Source: a virus
Taxonomy: Duplodnaviria; Caudoviricetes
Strand: one strand, 5' to 3'
Virus record (IMG/VR): IMGVR_UViG_3300015214_000026
Coordinates: 1 to 64,000 of that record
Length of the DNA stretch: 64,000 bases
How positions within the stretch are numbered: the stretch's first letter is position 1; each line of letters starts with the position of its first letter. The position numbers were made by a program, and so were the translations under genes. The notes beneath the pieces are model-generated. The model was given only the letters and a program-made list of their open reading frames with translations, was not told the origin of the DNA and made no database searches. Positions 40,077-48,613 of the stretch are shown here, piece after piece.

Positions 40077-40742
40077 TTATATAAGCTGTATTAAAAAATC
40101 TGTGTGATAAGTTTTATTTATAAACATAATATGTGAAGGAGTTTCCTTATATCCATGTATGCGTTCATTAAGCTCCACACTATTTACTAATCTCCCTGTT
40201 TTTAATCCTATTTTATAGGATAAATGAAAAGCTTCTATTTCGAATTTTTCTATTAAATTTTCAGCACCTTTTAATTTTAACATAAGAAGCCTATTAGGAT
40301 ATACTATATCGCCTAATTTATCTATTATATGTTCATAATAAATAGAATTTACTATGGTGGCTACTTTAAATAAACGTATGTATTCAGTTTCTATAGATTC
40401 TGAAAAATCAATACCTATAATCAATTTAGTAATAGATTCGTCTTGAGCATAACCATAAATATAATTATAACCCAGCATAGTTGAATTTTCGAATAAATTC
40501 ATTTTAGAAGTTAATAAATATGTATATAAGTAATTTTCAAATTCTTTGGCTTCCTTTAAAAAAGATATAATCTTGAATTTTAAACCAAGGTATGTGATAT
40601 ATTTAGATAGCCTAATTGCGGATTGCTGTAAGCTCTCAACGTCCAAATTAAAATCACCTATAGGTCTGTAAGGGTAATAATCAGGGAAAACATCGGCATC
40701 AGGTATTCGTGAAAAATTACTTATTACAGCTTTTATATTCAT
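40077..40742 (-). CDS. Hypothetical protein
   Basis: 221-aa ORF. Confidence 0.7.
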   Translation of the reverse strand: MNIKAVISNFSRIPDADVFPDYYPYRPIGDFNLDVESLQQSAIRLSKYITYLGLKFKIISFLKEAKEFENYLYTYLLTSKMNLFENSTMLGYNYIYGYAQDESITKLIIGIDFSESIETEYIRLFKVATIVNSIYYEHIIDKLGDIVYPNRLLMLKLKGAENLIEKFEIEAFHLSYKIGLKTGRLVNSVELNERIHGYKETPSHIMFINKTYHTDFLIQLI

Positions 40743-40749
40743 AAATCAC

Positions 40750-41199
40750 CTAATGATAAGAACTGTTTTGCAAGTGCCAATGCCAATAAGCGGGTACAGG
40801 ATCGCCTCTATATAAATATTGATTCATTATAGAAATAAGTAGAACTGTGAACTTATGTTGATATTGAGGATTATTTAAAATAGCCATAAGTATTAATTGA
40901 ATACAACCTACATAAGATAGCAATTCCACTCTATGCGTACAATCTAGTACTACGCATTCTATTTTACCCGCATTAATCTGTATAAATTCTTCTAAAGGTT
41001 TACCTTTAAATTCATCATTAAATATACGCATAGATTCTTCAATTTTATTAAAATCTTTGTAATATTCAAATAATTCTTCTAAATTGGGCGAATATTCATT
41101 TTTCTTTAACTCTTTATATAAAGAGGTTTCCAAGCTTAAAAATGTATTGTAAACGGCTACTTCTATGTGAAAAGGATTTAATAAATTTGTATTACTCAT
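40750..41199 (-). CDS. Hypothetical protein
   Basis: 149-aa ORF. Confidence 0.65.
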   Translation of the reverse strand: MSNTNLLNPFHIEVAVYNTFLSLETSLYKELKKNEYSPNLEELFEYYKDFNKIEESMRIFNDEFKGKPLEEFIQINAGKIECVVLDCTHRVELLSYVGCIQLILMAILNNPQYQHKFTVLLISIMNQYLYRGDPVPAYWHWHLQNSSYH

Positions 41200-42262
41200 C
41201 GGCTTCCTCTAAGAAATAGATAATTTTTATAAGCTCTGGTAATACATAATGTTGTATATTAGAGTTAATGGAAAGCAATTCATTCTTAATAGCTACTAAT
41301 TTTGATCCTACAATAGCGGCTGTTCTTATATCAGGAACTGCTTTTCTTTCCTGTAGTTCTTTAACATGATAAAAAGCTGCCCCTACTCTTATACCGCTCA
41401 TATGGTTTATAAGATCATAATGGATAGCAGTGACTCTTTCCATTACGCCCCATATGTTTTTATCATATAATATATTAGTAAGATATTTAGCTTTTTCTTC
41501 TGCTTTCTTTTCAGAAGAATATAGACACATTATTACTTGTAAAGCAATCTGAGCATCTGTTTTATCAGATGATTTTCTAATACCATTTATAACCAATTCT
41601 TTAAAGGAAGAATATTCATTCTGAGAATCAGCTATTTCTTTTAAAAGCTGTAGCGATTCTCTAGGAACCCTATCGGATACCGTAGCTACTTCTTTACAAA
41701 TTTTCTTGATTTTGTCTTTTTCAAGCTTGGGGAAAGCTTTTTCTACTTTGGCTAATCGGAAAAGGTACTTAGCTAATCCTTCAACAGAAGGGCGCTCAAC
41801 AGCAATTTTATAAAGACGATTTAAAAGTTCTGGTTTTAATAAATGCGGTTTATCAGTACAGAGTATCCAAACTACTCTATCGTGTTCTGGCTCCTCAATT
41901 GTCTTTAACACCGCCGATTGGCTCTGACCTAGTAGTGCGTGTACTTCATCCATGATGAATACACGGTTCTTACCTCTAGGCTTAAATTGCGAGGTTTTAA
42001 TAAGAGATCGAATAGTGTCAATCCCTTTTTCATCTGCGATATTCTTCTCATCGATATCAGTAGCTTGGTCCGTAAGACCATTAGCAAGAATCTTCGCTAG
42101 CGTAGTTTTCCCCGTTCCTGTGCCGCCGTGAATAAGAATGGCGTGAACATCTTGTTTTTCAATTATTCTCTTAGCTTTTGATACGGCTACTTCATTCTCA
42201 AGAAAATCATCAAAATTCTTAGGTCTATACTTGACAGACCATTGTTTGAATTGCTTGCTCAA
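41192..42262 (-). CDS. Clamp-loader ATPase (DNA Pol III gamma/tau-like)
   Basis: KYRP..FDD, GTGKTTLA, GIDTIR, VFIMDEVH, LKTIEEP, ILCT. Confidence 0.9.
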   Translation of the reverse strand: MSKQFKQWSVKYRPKNFDDFLENEVAVSKAKRIIEKQDVHAILIHGGTGTGKTTLAKILANGLTDQATDIDEKNIADEKGIDTIRSLIKTSQFKPRGKNRVFIMDEVHALLGQSQSAVLKTIEEPEHDRVVWILCTDKPHLLKPELLNRLYKIAVERPSVEGLAKYLFRLAKVEKAFPKLEKDKIKKICKEVATVSDRVPRESLQLLKEIADSQNEYSSFKELVINGIRKSSDKTDAQIALQVIMCLYSSEKKAEEKAKYLTNILYDKNIWGVMERVTAIHYDLINHMSGIRVGAAFYHVKELQERKAVPDIRTAAIVGSKLVAIKNELLSINSNIQHYVLPELIKIIYFLEEADE

Positions 42263-42323
42263 GATTCAATCCTCTAAACATAGAACATTCAATCTTACTT
42301 TACCGTTAAAATACAAATCAAAT

Positions 42324-42872
42324 TTAATTTATACGAATTTGAAATGGCCCAAATACCGTAGTAGTTGTCCATAAAACATGGCATTGATGATGTAGTACGC
42401 CAGTTATAATAGAATTGGCTGGAATCGGTTTATCAGTTACAAGTTCCCATTCACCTTTATATATATTTCTATTATGCAGCATTTCTACATCGCTTTTGAC
42501 AATATTTATCACTCCATGAGTTGTATCTAAGCCATCTTCACTTATAATATTAGCCGCTACAGTTTGTTCTGATACGTATAAGCAATTAAATCGATACCAA
42601 GGATTAGAAGCAGATACGTTAAAAGTCCATTTATTTTCTGAACTTACATAGTTTTCTGCGTGCCACTCATTAAATACCCCTAAGAACCTAGATTCAATAG
42701 CAGGTCCGACATTTAAGCTGAATGTAAGCAATAACACTAGAACACCAGCTCGTATTCCAGTGTCTATTATAATATCTAAACATCTTCGTATAAAATATTG
42801 TATTTTATCATTATCGACTATATCAGCTAAGGTGTTGGACAGCCGATCTAAAGTCTTAGCAATGTTAATCAT
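42324..42872 (-). CDS. Membrane-anchored hypothetical protein
   Basis: One TM segment followed by a soluble domain with two Cys. Confidence 0.65.
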   Translation of the reverse strand: MINIAKTLDRLSNTLADIVDNDKIQYFIRRCLDIIIDTGIRAGVLVLLLTFSLNVGPAIESRFLGVFNEWHAENYVSSENKWTFNVSASNPWYRFNCLYVSEQTVAANIISEDGLDTTHGVINIVKSDVEMLHNRNIYKGEWELVTDKPIPANSIITGVLHHQCHVLWTTTTVFGPFQIRIN

Positions 42873-43242
42873 CGAAGTGATCCATTTGTGGTGAAACTTT
42901 TATATTATTTTCATTAAGCTTAAATTCTAAATAACGTATTCTACTTTTTAATATTTTTATTTGTATGTATAGCTTGGTAACTGTATTATTGCGTTCTGCT
43001 AATTCTAATTGTAATCTTCGAGATTCTTCTTGACAACCTGATTTTTCTTTTTCATATTTTTCTATGGTTTGTCTAAAATATTTTTCTATTCGCGTTTCTT
43101 CTGGTTCTTTTTTAGCGCTTATACTAAGTAGAAATTTTAAAAGATGCTTAAGCAGTACAAATAAACCTGTTAGTATAATTGCTATAACAGCTATGCCGTC
43201 TTTTAATAATGGATCGGATATTATTTTTATTAAATCTATCAT
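42865..43242 (-). CDS. TM plus coiled-coil protein
   Basis: N-terminal TM, C-terminal heptads. Confidence 0.65.
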   Translation of the reverse strand: MIDLIKIISDPLLKDGIAVIAIILTGLFVLLKHLLKFLLSISAKKEPEETRIEKYFRQTIEKYEKEKSGCQEESRRLQLELAERNNTVTKLYIQIKILKSRIRYLEFKLNENNIKVSPQMDHFDD

Positions 43243-43284
43243 AATAATTCAACATGACCGCTATCTAAACGTAGTTATCTAAAT

Positions 43285-43599
43285 TTATCTAGAATAAATG
43301 AAACGAATTACAGTGAAAAAATAAAGTCGAACAAATAAAGCAATAATGGTAGCAATTAATAGAAACAAACTGAATATAAAATTGTAATCAATATTTATAA
43401 ATATTGGTTTTGATACTAATAACCACGCACCTACACAGGCTTCTGTTAACCCTTCAATTAAACCTATGTACATGGATTCACGCTTACGCATGTTAGGACG
43501 TATAGATAGCAAGCCTAAAAATAGTAATAGACTGTTTAGTATTATAACTACAGCCGCTATATTTACAAAATACTCTATTATTGAGGTAAATTCTGGCAT
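43285..43599 (-). CDS. Small 3-TM membrane protein
   Basis: Three hydrophobic segments; CTAATTCT motif upstream. Confidence 0.65.
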   Translation of the reverse strand: MPEFTSIIEYFVNIAAVVIILNSLLLFLGLLSIRPNMRKRESMYIGLIEGLTEACVGAWLLVSKPIFINIDYNFIFSLFLLIATIIALFVRLYFFTVIRFIYSR

Positions 43600-43835
43600 T
43601 ATCTCTACTCTATCTTTTCATAGAAAAGAATTAGTAAAAAGTAGTATTTCTTGTGGAATAAAGGCACAAAAAAGGGAGGATTTATCCTCCCAAAACTTAA
43701 ATAGATTGAACTTATAAAGTTGGTATATCAGCAACCGCCGGGTACTAAATCATGCACCCCACAATTTATACAAATTTCATCGTAGAGGCGTCAATAGATA
43801 TTCTTGTTTTGTGGGATGGGTGCTTTCCCGTACAA

Positions 43836-44087
43836 TTAATCCTCTATTTTAACTCGACGAAGTTCGTATCCTAGCATACGATAAGCCATTTGTATTGAAA
43901 CACTTTGTGGATGTTTAACCTTGCTTTTCATCCAGTTATTCAAGGTACTAGAGGATAAACCAGAAACATTTGCTTTTGCGTAGGTACTTCGATTATCCCT
44001 ACGCAAAAGGGTTACAATATCATCCAACATAGGATCAATTTCTGGTTTTTCTGGCTTATTAACAAAGGTTCTCTGCTTTTTAACCAT
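43836..44087 (-). CDS. XRE-like HTH protein
   Basis: A..SGLSSSTL.NW......P....I......LGYEL. Confidence 0.7.
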   Translation of the reverse strand: MVKKQRTFVNKPEKPEIDPMLDDIVTLLRRDNRSTYAKANVSGLSSSTLNNWMKSKVKHPQSVSIQMAYRMLGYELRRVKIED

Positions 44088-44101
44088 TGTTGCATATTCC
44101 T

Positions 44102-44569
44102 TTATGTTTGTTCAGCTGTGTCTTCACCTAGAATATGTCTTACAATGAAATTTCTAATACGTAATAGACTTTCATTTTGATTCTGCAAATCTACAAGAAT
44201 AATATTTAAACGGTCATTAATTTTAGAAGATTCAACCGATCCATCTTTTTCTTCCGAAGATTCTTTTTCTTCCGAAGATTCGGGCATTCTATCAATTTGT
44301 GATAATAGTTGCGTAATAGTATTAATTGCGTAGTTATTATTATTCGTAATATTGGCAATTCTAGTAGTTAGATCGCAGGTAGACAATGTTTTATGTTTAC
44401 CAACTTTTTTAGATTTAGTTATAGGTAATTTATAACTATACTGATGATCGTCATCATCATCGTCGTCTTCGTTAACCCTGTTAATATAAGCTTTAGATTT
44501 CTTATTGCCCATAGAAATATCCTTTGGTGTCGATCGACTTTTTGTCGGAGCTGTTATTGGTCTAACCAT
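44102..44569 (-). CDS. Hypothetical protein
   Basis: ORF with poly-Asp and a short ESSEEK duplication. Confidence 0.65.
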   Translation of the reverse strand: MVRPITAPTKSRSTPKDISMGNKKSKAYINRVNEDDDDDDDHQYSYKLPITKSKKVGKHKTLSTCDLTTRIANITNNNNYAINTITQLLSQIDRMPESSEEKESSEEKDGSVESSKINDRLNIILVDLQNQNESLLRIRNFIVRHILGEDTAEQT

Positions 44570-44691
44570 TATCTAGCCTTACCCTGCCCACGGTATGGTT
44601 TCTTCGTATTACGCTTGTTATTTGGTCGGCTGAATGACGAATTACCAATAGAGGTACGATGCTTCTTTGTAATGCCCTTTTTCTGTGCCAT
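44569..44691 (-). CDS. 40-aa basic peptide (MAQKKGITKKHRTSIGNSSFSRPNNKRNTKKPYRGQGKAR), not in the ORF track
   Basis: RBS GAAAGGA; TAATG coupling to the next gene; TSIG...YRGQG pattern of small phage peptides. Confidence 0.75.
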   Translation of the reverse strand: MAQKKGITKKHRTSIGNSSFSRPNNKRNTKKPYRGQGKAR

Positions 44692-44854
44692 GTTATTTTC
44701 CTTTCATTGCGCTGTTACTATATTCTATATCCGTTCGCCGGAGTTATCACTTCTGACTATACGATGAAGCACCACGGATAAACAGTATTGTCATTATGAC
44801 CCTTGCAGAATGTAGATAAACCCAACTGCTATCATAATCTAGCTTCAAAGAATC

Positions 44855-44880
44855 TGGTGAACTCGGTGGGGATCGAACCC
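44855..44880 (-). pseudogene. 3' half of a split tRNA-like gene (T arm, acceptor strand, ACCA)
   Basis: GGG-TTCGATC-CCCAC-CGAGTTC-ACCA. Confidence 0.8.
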
Positions 44881-44903
44881 TCTTTGGATTTCTCCGAGGA
44901 ATT

Positions 44904-44979
44904 TGGTGGGTCCATCGGGATTTGAACCCGAATTTCGGAATTAAAAGTTCCGCACACTAACCAATTGTGTTATGGACCC
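44904..44979 (-). tRNA. tRNA-Lys(UUU)
   Basis: GGGTCCA/TGGACCC acceptor, CGGAA-CTTTTAA-TTCCG anticodon arm, TTCAAAT T-loop, encoded CCA. Confidence 0.93.
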
Positions 44980-44987
44980 AAATCTAT

Positions 44988-45386
44988 TTATAATCTACAC
45001 CAAGCTTTGTGCCCCGCGTAAGATTTAACAGATTTGAAAATCTTACCGCATTTACATCTTTTCCTTATTTTAGGATTAGAAAAACAACCTTCACCATTAA
45101 TTTTAGTTTTCACCTTATGACAAGTTCTGCATCTTAATTCACATTTATTGATTTCTTCCCAAAATCTAAGCTCTGAAAATGAGGAAGCTCTAGCTATTGT
45201 AATAGTTTTAGCCGAAGGGTCAACGTGGTCAAATTCTAATCTTGTTTTTCTAGAACAGTCTACACATTTACCGCCTAAATATTTTATAGCCTCTTTTCTT
45301 CTTTTACGCCATCTTTCCTTCATATAATCATTCATGTATTGATTGTATTTTTCTTTATCTTTAGATGTTTTTGATGTACTAGACAT
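44988..45386 (-). CDS. HNH endonuclease in the tRNA cluster
   Basis: LGGKCVDC...LEFDHVDP...E..KCELRCRTCH..KT; start MSSTSK at 45386 (the longer track ORF runs over RNA genes). Confidence 0.85.
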   Translation of the reverse strand: MSSTSKTSKDKEKYNQYMNDYMKERWRKRRKEAIKYLGGKCVDCSRKTRLEFDHVDPSAKTITIARASSFSELRFWEEINKCELRCRTCHKVKTKINGEGCFSNPKIRKRCKCGKIFKSVKSYAGHKAWCRL

Positions 45387-45402
45387 TATAACCAATAACC
45401 TT

Positions 45403-45457
45403 ACCCGCCCGGTGAGTATCGCATCCGTAATAGCTCTACTAGCTGAGCTACGAGTTC
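45403..45457 (-). pseudogene. 5' half of the split tRNA-like gene (acceptor strand and D arm)
   Basis: GAACTCG-TA-GCTC-AGCTAGTA-GAGC; GAACTCG pairs perfectly with CGAGTTC of the 3' half. Confidence 0.8.
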
Positions 45458-45503
45458 GAGTTGTGGAGGGGTTAGGAAAAGCAGGAAACCTAACCCCTCC
45501 ACC

Positions 45504-45625
45504 AATCGTAGTAAACATTGCCGGCCTTCTCGAAAACATCCGCATGTTAGTTTCGATCGGCCACCTTTGTCTTTCGTCCATGAATGCCATCAATTACGAG
45601 GTTTCATCCATGGCATACTACGATT
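45504..45625 (-). ncRNA. Putative structured ncRNA module A
   Basis: 10-bp closing stem AATCGTAGTA/TACTACGATT enclosing TGCCAT/ATGGCA and GGCC..TCGAAA/TTTCGA..GGCC hairpins. Confidence 0.55.
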
Positions 45626-45636
45626 AACTAGAAGAA

Positions 45637-45769
45637 GTCGAGGGAACCAGCTTTGATATACTGGCGAGCCACCGAACGGCCTGCTTTACTTGATGAGGGT
45701 TCGGTCAACATCAAGCTATTCCCTCTACATCGCAGCCTCACCCCTTTCAAGCGGGGTAGCTTACTCGAC
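45637..45769 (-). ncRNA. Putative structured ncRNA module B with pseudoknot
   Basis: GAGGGAA/TTCCCTC, ACCGAAC/GTTCGGT, CCAG/CTGG, CCCC/GGGG stems; CTTGATG/CATCAAG pseudoknot. Confidence 0.55.
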
Positions 45770-45904
45770 GTATTCTTGTATTAGTTGGGACCAACCTTAC
45801 GTAGTTGGCGGGTCGCTTAGCGTCCTCTTATTCGATGGACAAGATCGAACTATCCCGTACCTATTTTAGTTTCTAGGACATACCTAAATAGGTAAATGTG
45901 ATAG

Positions 45905-45981
45905 TGGTGGGAGCGGTCGGGTATGATCCGACATAGATTCCGTTATGAGCGGAAGGCATTCTCCATTTATGCTACACTCCC
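45905..45981 (-). tRNA. tRNA with CAU anticodon (elongator Met, or Ile2)
   Basis: GGGAGTG/CGCTCCC acceptor, TTCCG-CTCATAA-CGGAA, atypical T-loop ATCATAC, CCA. Confidence 0.85.
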
Positions 45982-45996
45982 GAAAATTAATTTAGT

Positions 45997-46079
45997 TGGT
46001 GCCCGCTGCCGGACTCGAACCGGCACTCCGAAGAAGAGCATTTTAAGTGCTCCGCGGCTACCATTTACGCCAAGCGGGC
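45997..46079 (-). tRNA. tRNA-Leu(UAA)
   Basis: GCCCGCT/AGCGGGC acceptor, GAGCA-CTTAAAA-TGCTC, long variable arm, TTCGAGT, CCA. Confidence 0.93.
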
Positions 46080-46111
46080 ATCAACTAAATTAATCTTAAG
46101 CGTCTACAAAC

Positions 46112-46222
46112 GAAAGGGTGGTAAGATAAATCAGCCTCAGGCGGGGGACACAATTATCTGACTTACCTTACCTACAATCATCCGCGCGGGGGGATGAACG
46201 AATGACTGTATTTTACCCTTCC
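46112..46222 (-). ncRNA. Putative structured ncRNA module D
   Basis: AAGGGT/ACCCTT closing stem; GGTAAG/CTTACC, TCAG/CTGA, TACA/TGTA, TCATCC/GGATGA stems. Confidence 0.5.
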
Positions 46223-46378
46223 GCTTCTGCAAGTTACCTCGTATAGAAGCAACTCACAAACTCACAAACGTGTTTAAGACACTCTCGCAAAATATACAAC
46301 ACGTTTGGTTACTCTAGACCATCAGGGTCTGACTTCTCTTTACCGTGGGAAAAATCACTACCCTACTAGTCTACATAT

Positions 46379-46407
46379 AGTATATCCTACTACAAATACC
46401 CTGTCAA
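46379..46407 (-). promoter_or_regulatory. Sigma70-type promoter of the tRNA/ncRNA cluster
   Basis: TTGACA-17nt-TATACT on the minus strand. Confidence 0.75.
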
Positions 46408-46410
46408 CCC

Positions 46411-47538
46411 CTATTTTAGTATCCTTTTGAACCCCATTTGATAGGGTATCTGGAGCAAACGTATACCCGGAGTAGCGTTAAAATCTATAATTACAGGACC
46501 TTTATCAGTTACAGCTATATCGAATCCAATTAACTTGGTGGGTCTGAAAACTTTTGCTGCCTTTTCTACGAAAGAAACAAGATCATCCCAATCAGGTACA
46601 ATTGCTCTTTTTACTTTTAGTTCAGCATTACCAAGATAATCTTTACCTCTATAGGCTGTATTAAACAAATGGCCGTTATCTAGATCGATAGCCACAGCGT
46701 AATTACCGCTTGTATTAAAATTGTCTACCCAATTTAACCCGCGAGATAACTTATACACGGCCCCTACAACGTTTCCTCGCAAAGTAACAAAACGTATGGT
46801 ATTCAAACCTTTGGAATGTCGTGTAAAGGATGGTTTAAATGAAGATTTAACTACCTTTGAAATAAGGTAGTCTTTATCGTTCATACGCTCTTTTAATTCT
46901 TCATATCCCATTTTACCAATAGGTGTTACAAAACTATCGGATAACCTATTATATTTATACGCTAATATTGTGTCGATACCGCCTACACCATCGATAGGTT
47001 TCATGAAGAATGGAGTATAATTAATAAGTTCTTTTTTAGAAATTTCTTGGCTATTAAATGTACCTAAGTCTTCTGTGGCGTGATCGTTACCTAACTTATA
47101 ACGGATCAGTTTATTCGCTAAATCCTTATCATCAAAATGAAGGAATTTCCTATCGTTTAGTTTATTCCATAAATCATACAATTTCAAACCGCTTATATAC
47201 GAATTTTTCTCTCCTTGTGTTTTATTATAAAGCCGGTATTCAAGATATTCATTCGGTGTTATTAAATTGGTTGCCGCCAATTTTGTTGTTTCTTGAATTA
47301 ATTTTACGCGATCTACACTATTAGGAGCTATCTTTTTATAAATTGTTGCTAAAGAAGCATTAGAATCGGGGTCTTCAATCAATAGAAGAAGACTACGTAT
47401 ATTACCTATAATATCTTCTTCAACGGATACTTGAGCTGATTCAGACTTATCTTTATAGGTCTTATATACAAATCTATAGGTATCAGAAGCCCATTTACCT
47501 TGCTTACCAAGAGCAATATCCATAATATCTAACCCCAT
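46411..47538 (-). CDS. ATP-grasp ligase (sugar-transfer-associated / alpha-L-glutamate ligase-like)
   Basis: DDK, FFMKP..G.GG, LNTIRFVT, VDNF, VPDWD, IGFDIAVTDKGPVIIDFN. Confidence 0.8.
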   Translation of the reverse strand: MGLDIMDIALGKQGKWASDTYRFVYKTYKDKSESAQVSVEEDIIGNIRSLLLLIEDPDSNASLATIYKKIAPNSVDRVKLIQETTKLAATNLITPNEYLEYRLYNKTQGEKNSYISGLKLYDLWNKLNDRKFLHFDDKDLANKLIRYKLGNDHATEDLGTFNSQEISKKELINYTPFFMKPIDGVGGIDTILAYKYNRLSDSFVTPIGKMGYEELKERMNDKDYLISKVVKSSFKPSFTRHSKGLNTIRFVTLRGNVVGAVYKLSRGLNWVDNFNTSGNYAVAIDLDNGHLFNTAYRGKDYLGNAELKVKRAIVPDWDDLVSFVEKAAKVFRPTKLIGFDIAVTDKGPVIIDFNATPGIRLLQIPYQMGFKRILK

Positions 47539-47545
47539 TAAGTAA

Positions 47546-47568
47546 GGTGAGGGGTAGAACCCCTCACC
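47546..47568 (-). terminator. Hairpin, probable terminator
   Basis: GGTGAGGGG/CCCCTCACC. Confidence 0.55.
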
Positions 47569-47576
47569 ATTAAATT

Positions 47577-48155
47577 TTAATTAACTGATACAGAAAGGTT
47601 TTCAATCAAAACGCGAATAGAAGAAATGATTTGGTCTACGTGCTTGATTTGTTCATCAGTTTTACCTGATTCCATTTCAATACGGTTCTGTTTTTCCTGC
47701 ATCAATTTAGCATTCATTTGAGTAAGTTCGCCGATACGAGTTTCCAGAACCTTGATCTTATCAAGAATATCCTTAATCATAGCGGTATTAGTATCAATCT
47801 TATGATCGTATACCGATGAGATGCTTTCAATACGAACTTCATGTTCAGCAACGAGTTCTGCCTTACGCTTAAGGTAAGTAGCCAACTTATCCTTAGCTTC
47901 ATTACTTTCATTAGAAAGTAGGGCGGTGGGTAGAGCAGCATTTTTCTCCATGACTTTTGCAGTCGCCTCCTTGAGAGAAGCCCCCTTGTAGGCACCGAAA
48001 GGAAGAACTTTCTTTTCTTCGCTCGCGTTCTTTAGAAGTGTATTCATAAAGGTCTCCTTTTTATTAAAATCCTTACTAAGTTCTTGTTCAAGTTCCGCTG
48101 TCAAATTATCAAGCTTGTCAGCGACGTTATCAAAGTTGTTATTCAACATGTTCAT
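47577..48155 (-). CDS. Hypothetical coiled-coil protein
   Basis: RBS AGGAG. Confidence 0.75.
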   Translation of the reverse strand: MNMLNNNFDNVADKLDNLTAELEQELSKDFNKKETFMNTLLKNASEEKKVLPFGAYKGASLKEATAKVMEKNAALPTALLSNESNEAKDKLATYLKRKAELVAEHEVRIESISSVYDHKIDTNTAMIKDILDKIKVLETRIGELTQMNAKLMQEKQNRIEMESGKTDEQIKHVDQIISSIRVLIENLSVSVN

Positions 48156-48229
48156 AATTCTCTCCTAAACTGTCTCGATACACTTTATCATGTTTCATTA
48201 GACTGTCACGTCTCATTTAAAGCTTCCCT

Positions 48230-48293
48230 TGTTTCTATATTCTTGCATAACTCATTCAGTATCAATGATTCTGTTCTTCCATGTTAATTCAAT
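48230..48293 (-). ncRNA. TIGR-like array 3 (about 2 units)
   Basis: attgaatta-ACATGGAAGA-acagaatca-TTGATACTG-aatgagtta-TGCAAGAAT-atagaaaca on the minus strand. Confidence 0.6.
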
Positions 48294-48300
48294 TACTATT

Positions 48301-48612
48301 TTATTCCGGCTCTTCTGGTTCTACATTAACCGGATATGCTTCTTCTAGAGATTCTTCGATAAGAAGCATAGCTTGATCTGCCGTTTCCTTTACCTGAATA
48401 TCTACCTTTCCTTCATTGAACTTAGGAAGAAAATCCGTGTTACCATAAATAAAACTAGTATGCTCATTATCTCCGGTTTTCTTGATTTTCGCTAGAGTAA
48501 CGAATTTACTAGTATCTGGCGTTTCTTCATCTATTAGGTTTGTAGGCGCGATAAAGAACAAATCGTTGAACATAAGAACCCATGTTCTAAATTTGAAATT
48601 CTCGTTTTTCAT
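48301..48612 (-). CDS. Hypothetical protein co-transcribed with the tas-like gene
   Basis: Starts 1 nt after the tas stop and is followed by array 3. Confidence 0.7.
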   Translation of the reverse strand: MKNENFKFRTWVLMFNDLFFIAPTNLIDEETPDTSKFVTLAKIKKTGDNEHTSFIYGNTDFLPKFNEGKVDIQVKETADQAMLLIEESLEEAYPVNVEPEEPE

Positions 48613-48613
48613 T

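Noticed and set aside
44855-45457. tmRNA or group I intron-containing tRNA
   Set aside because: No G3-U70 alanine determinant; the insert would end in A rather than G; no P7 core recognised; no canonical anticodon arm is restored.
45387-45593. N-terminal extension of the HNH ORF in the ORF track
   Set aside because: It overlaps the tRNA half and structured RNAs; probably a chance open frame.
45504-45625. Hammerhead ribozyme (GGACGAAA present on the minus strand)
   Set aside because: No CUGANGA core in the correct position.
48171-48229. Extension of array 3 (aatgagacg...aatgaaaca)
   Set aside because: The register breaks, and the stretch reads equally well as a GTGACA-17nt-TAAAGT promoter for ORF 47577.
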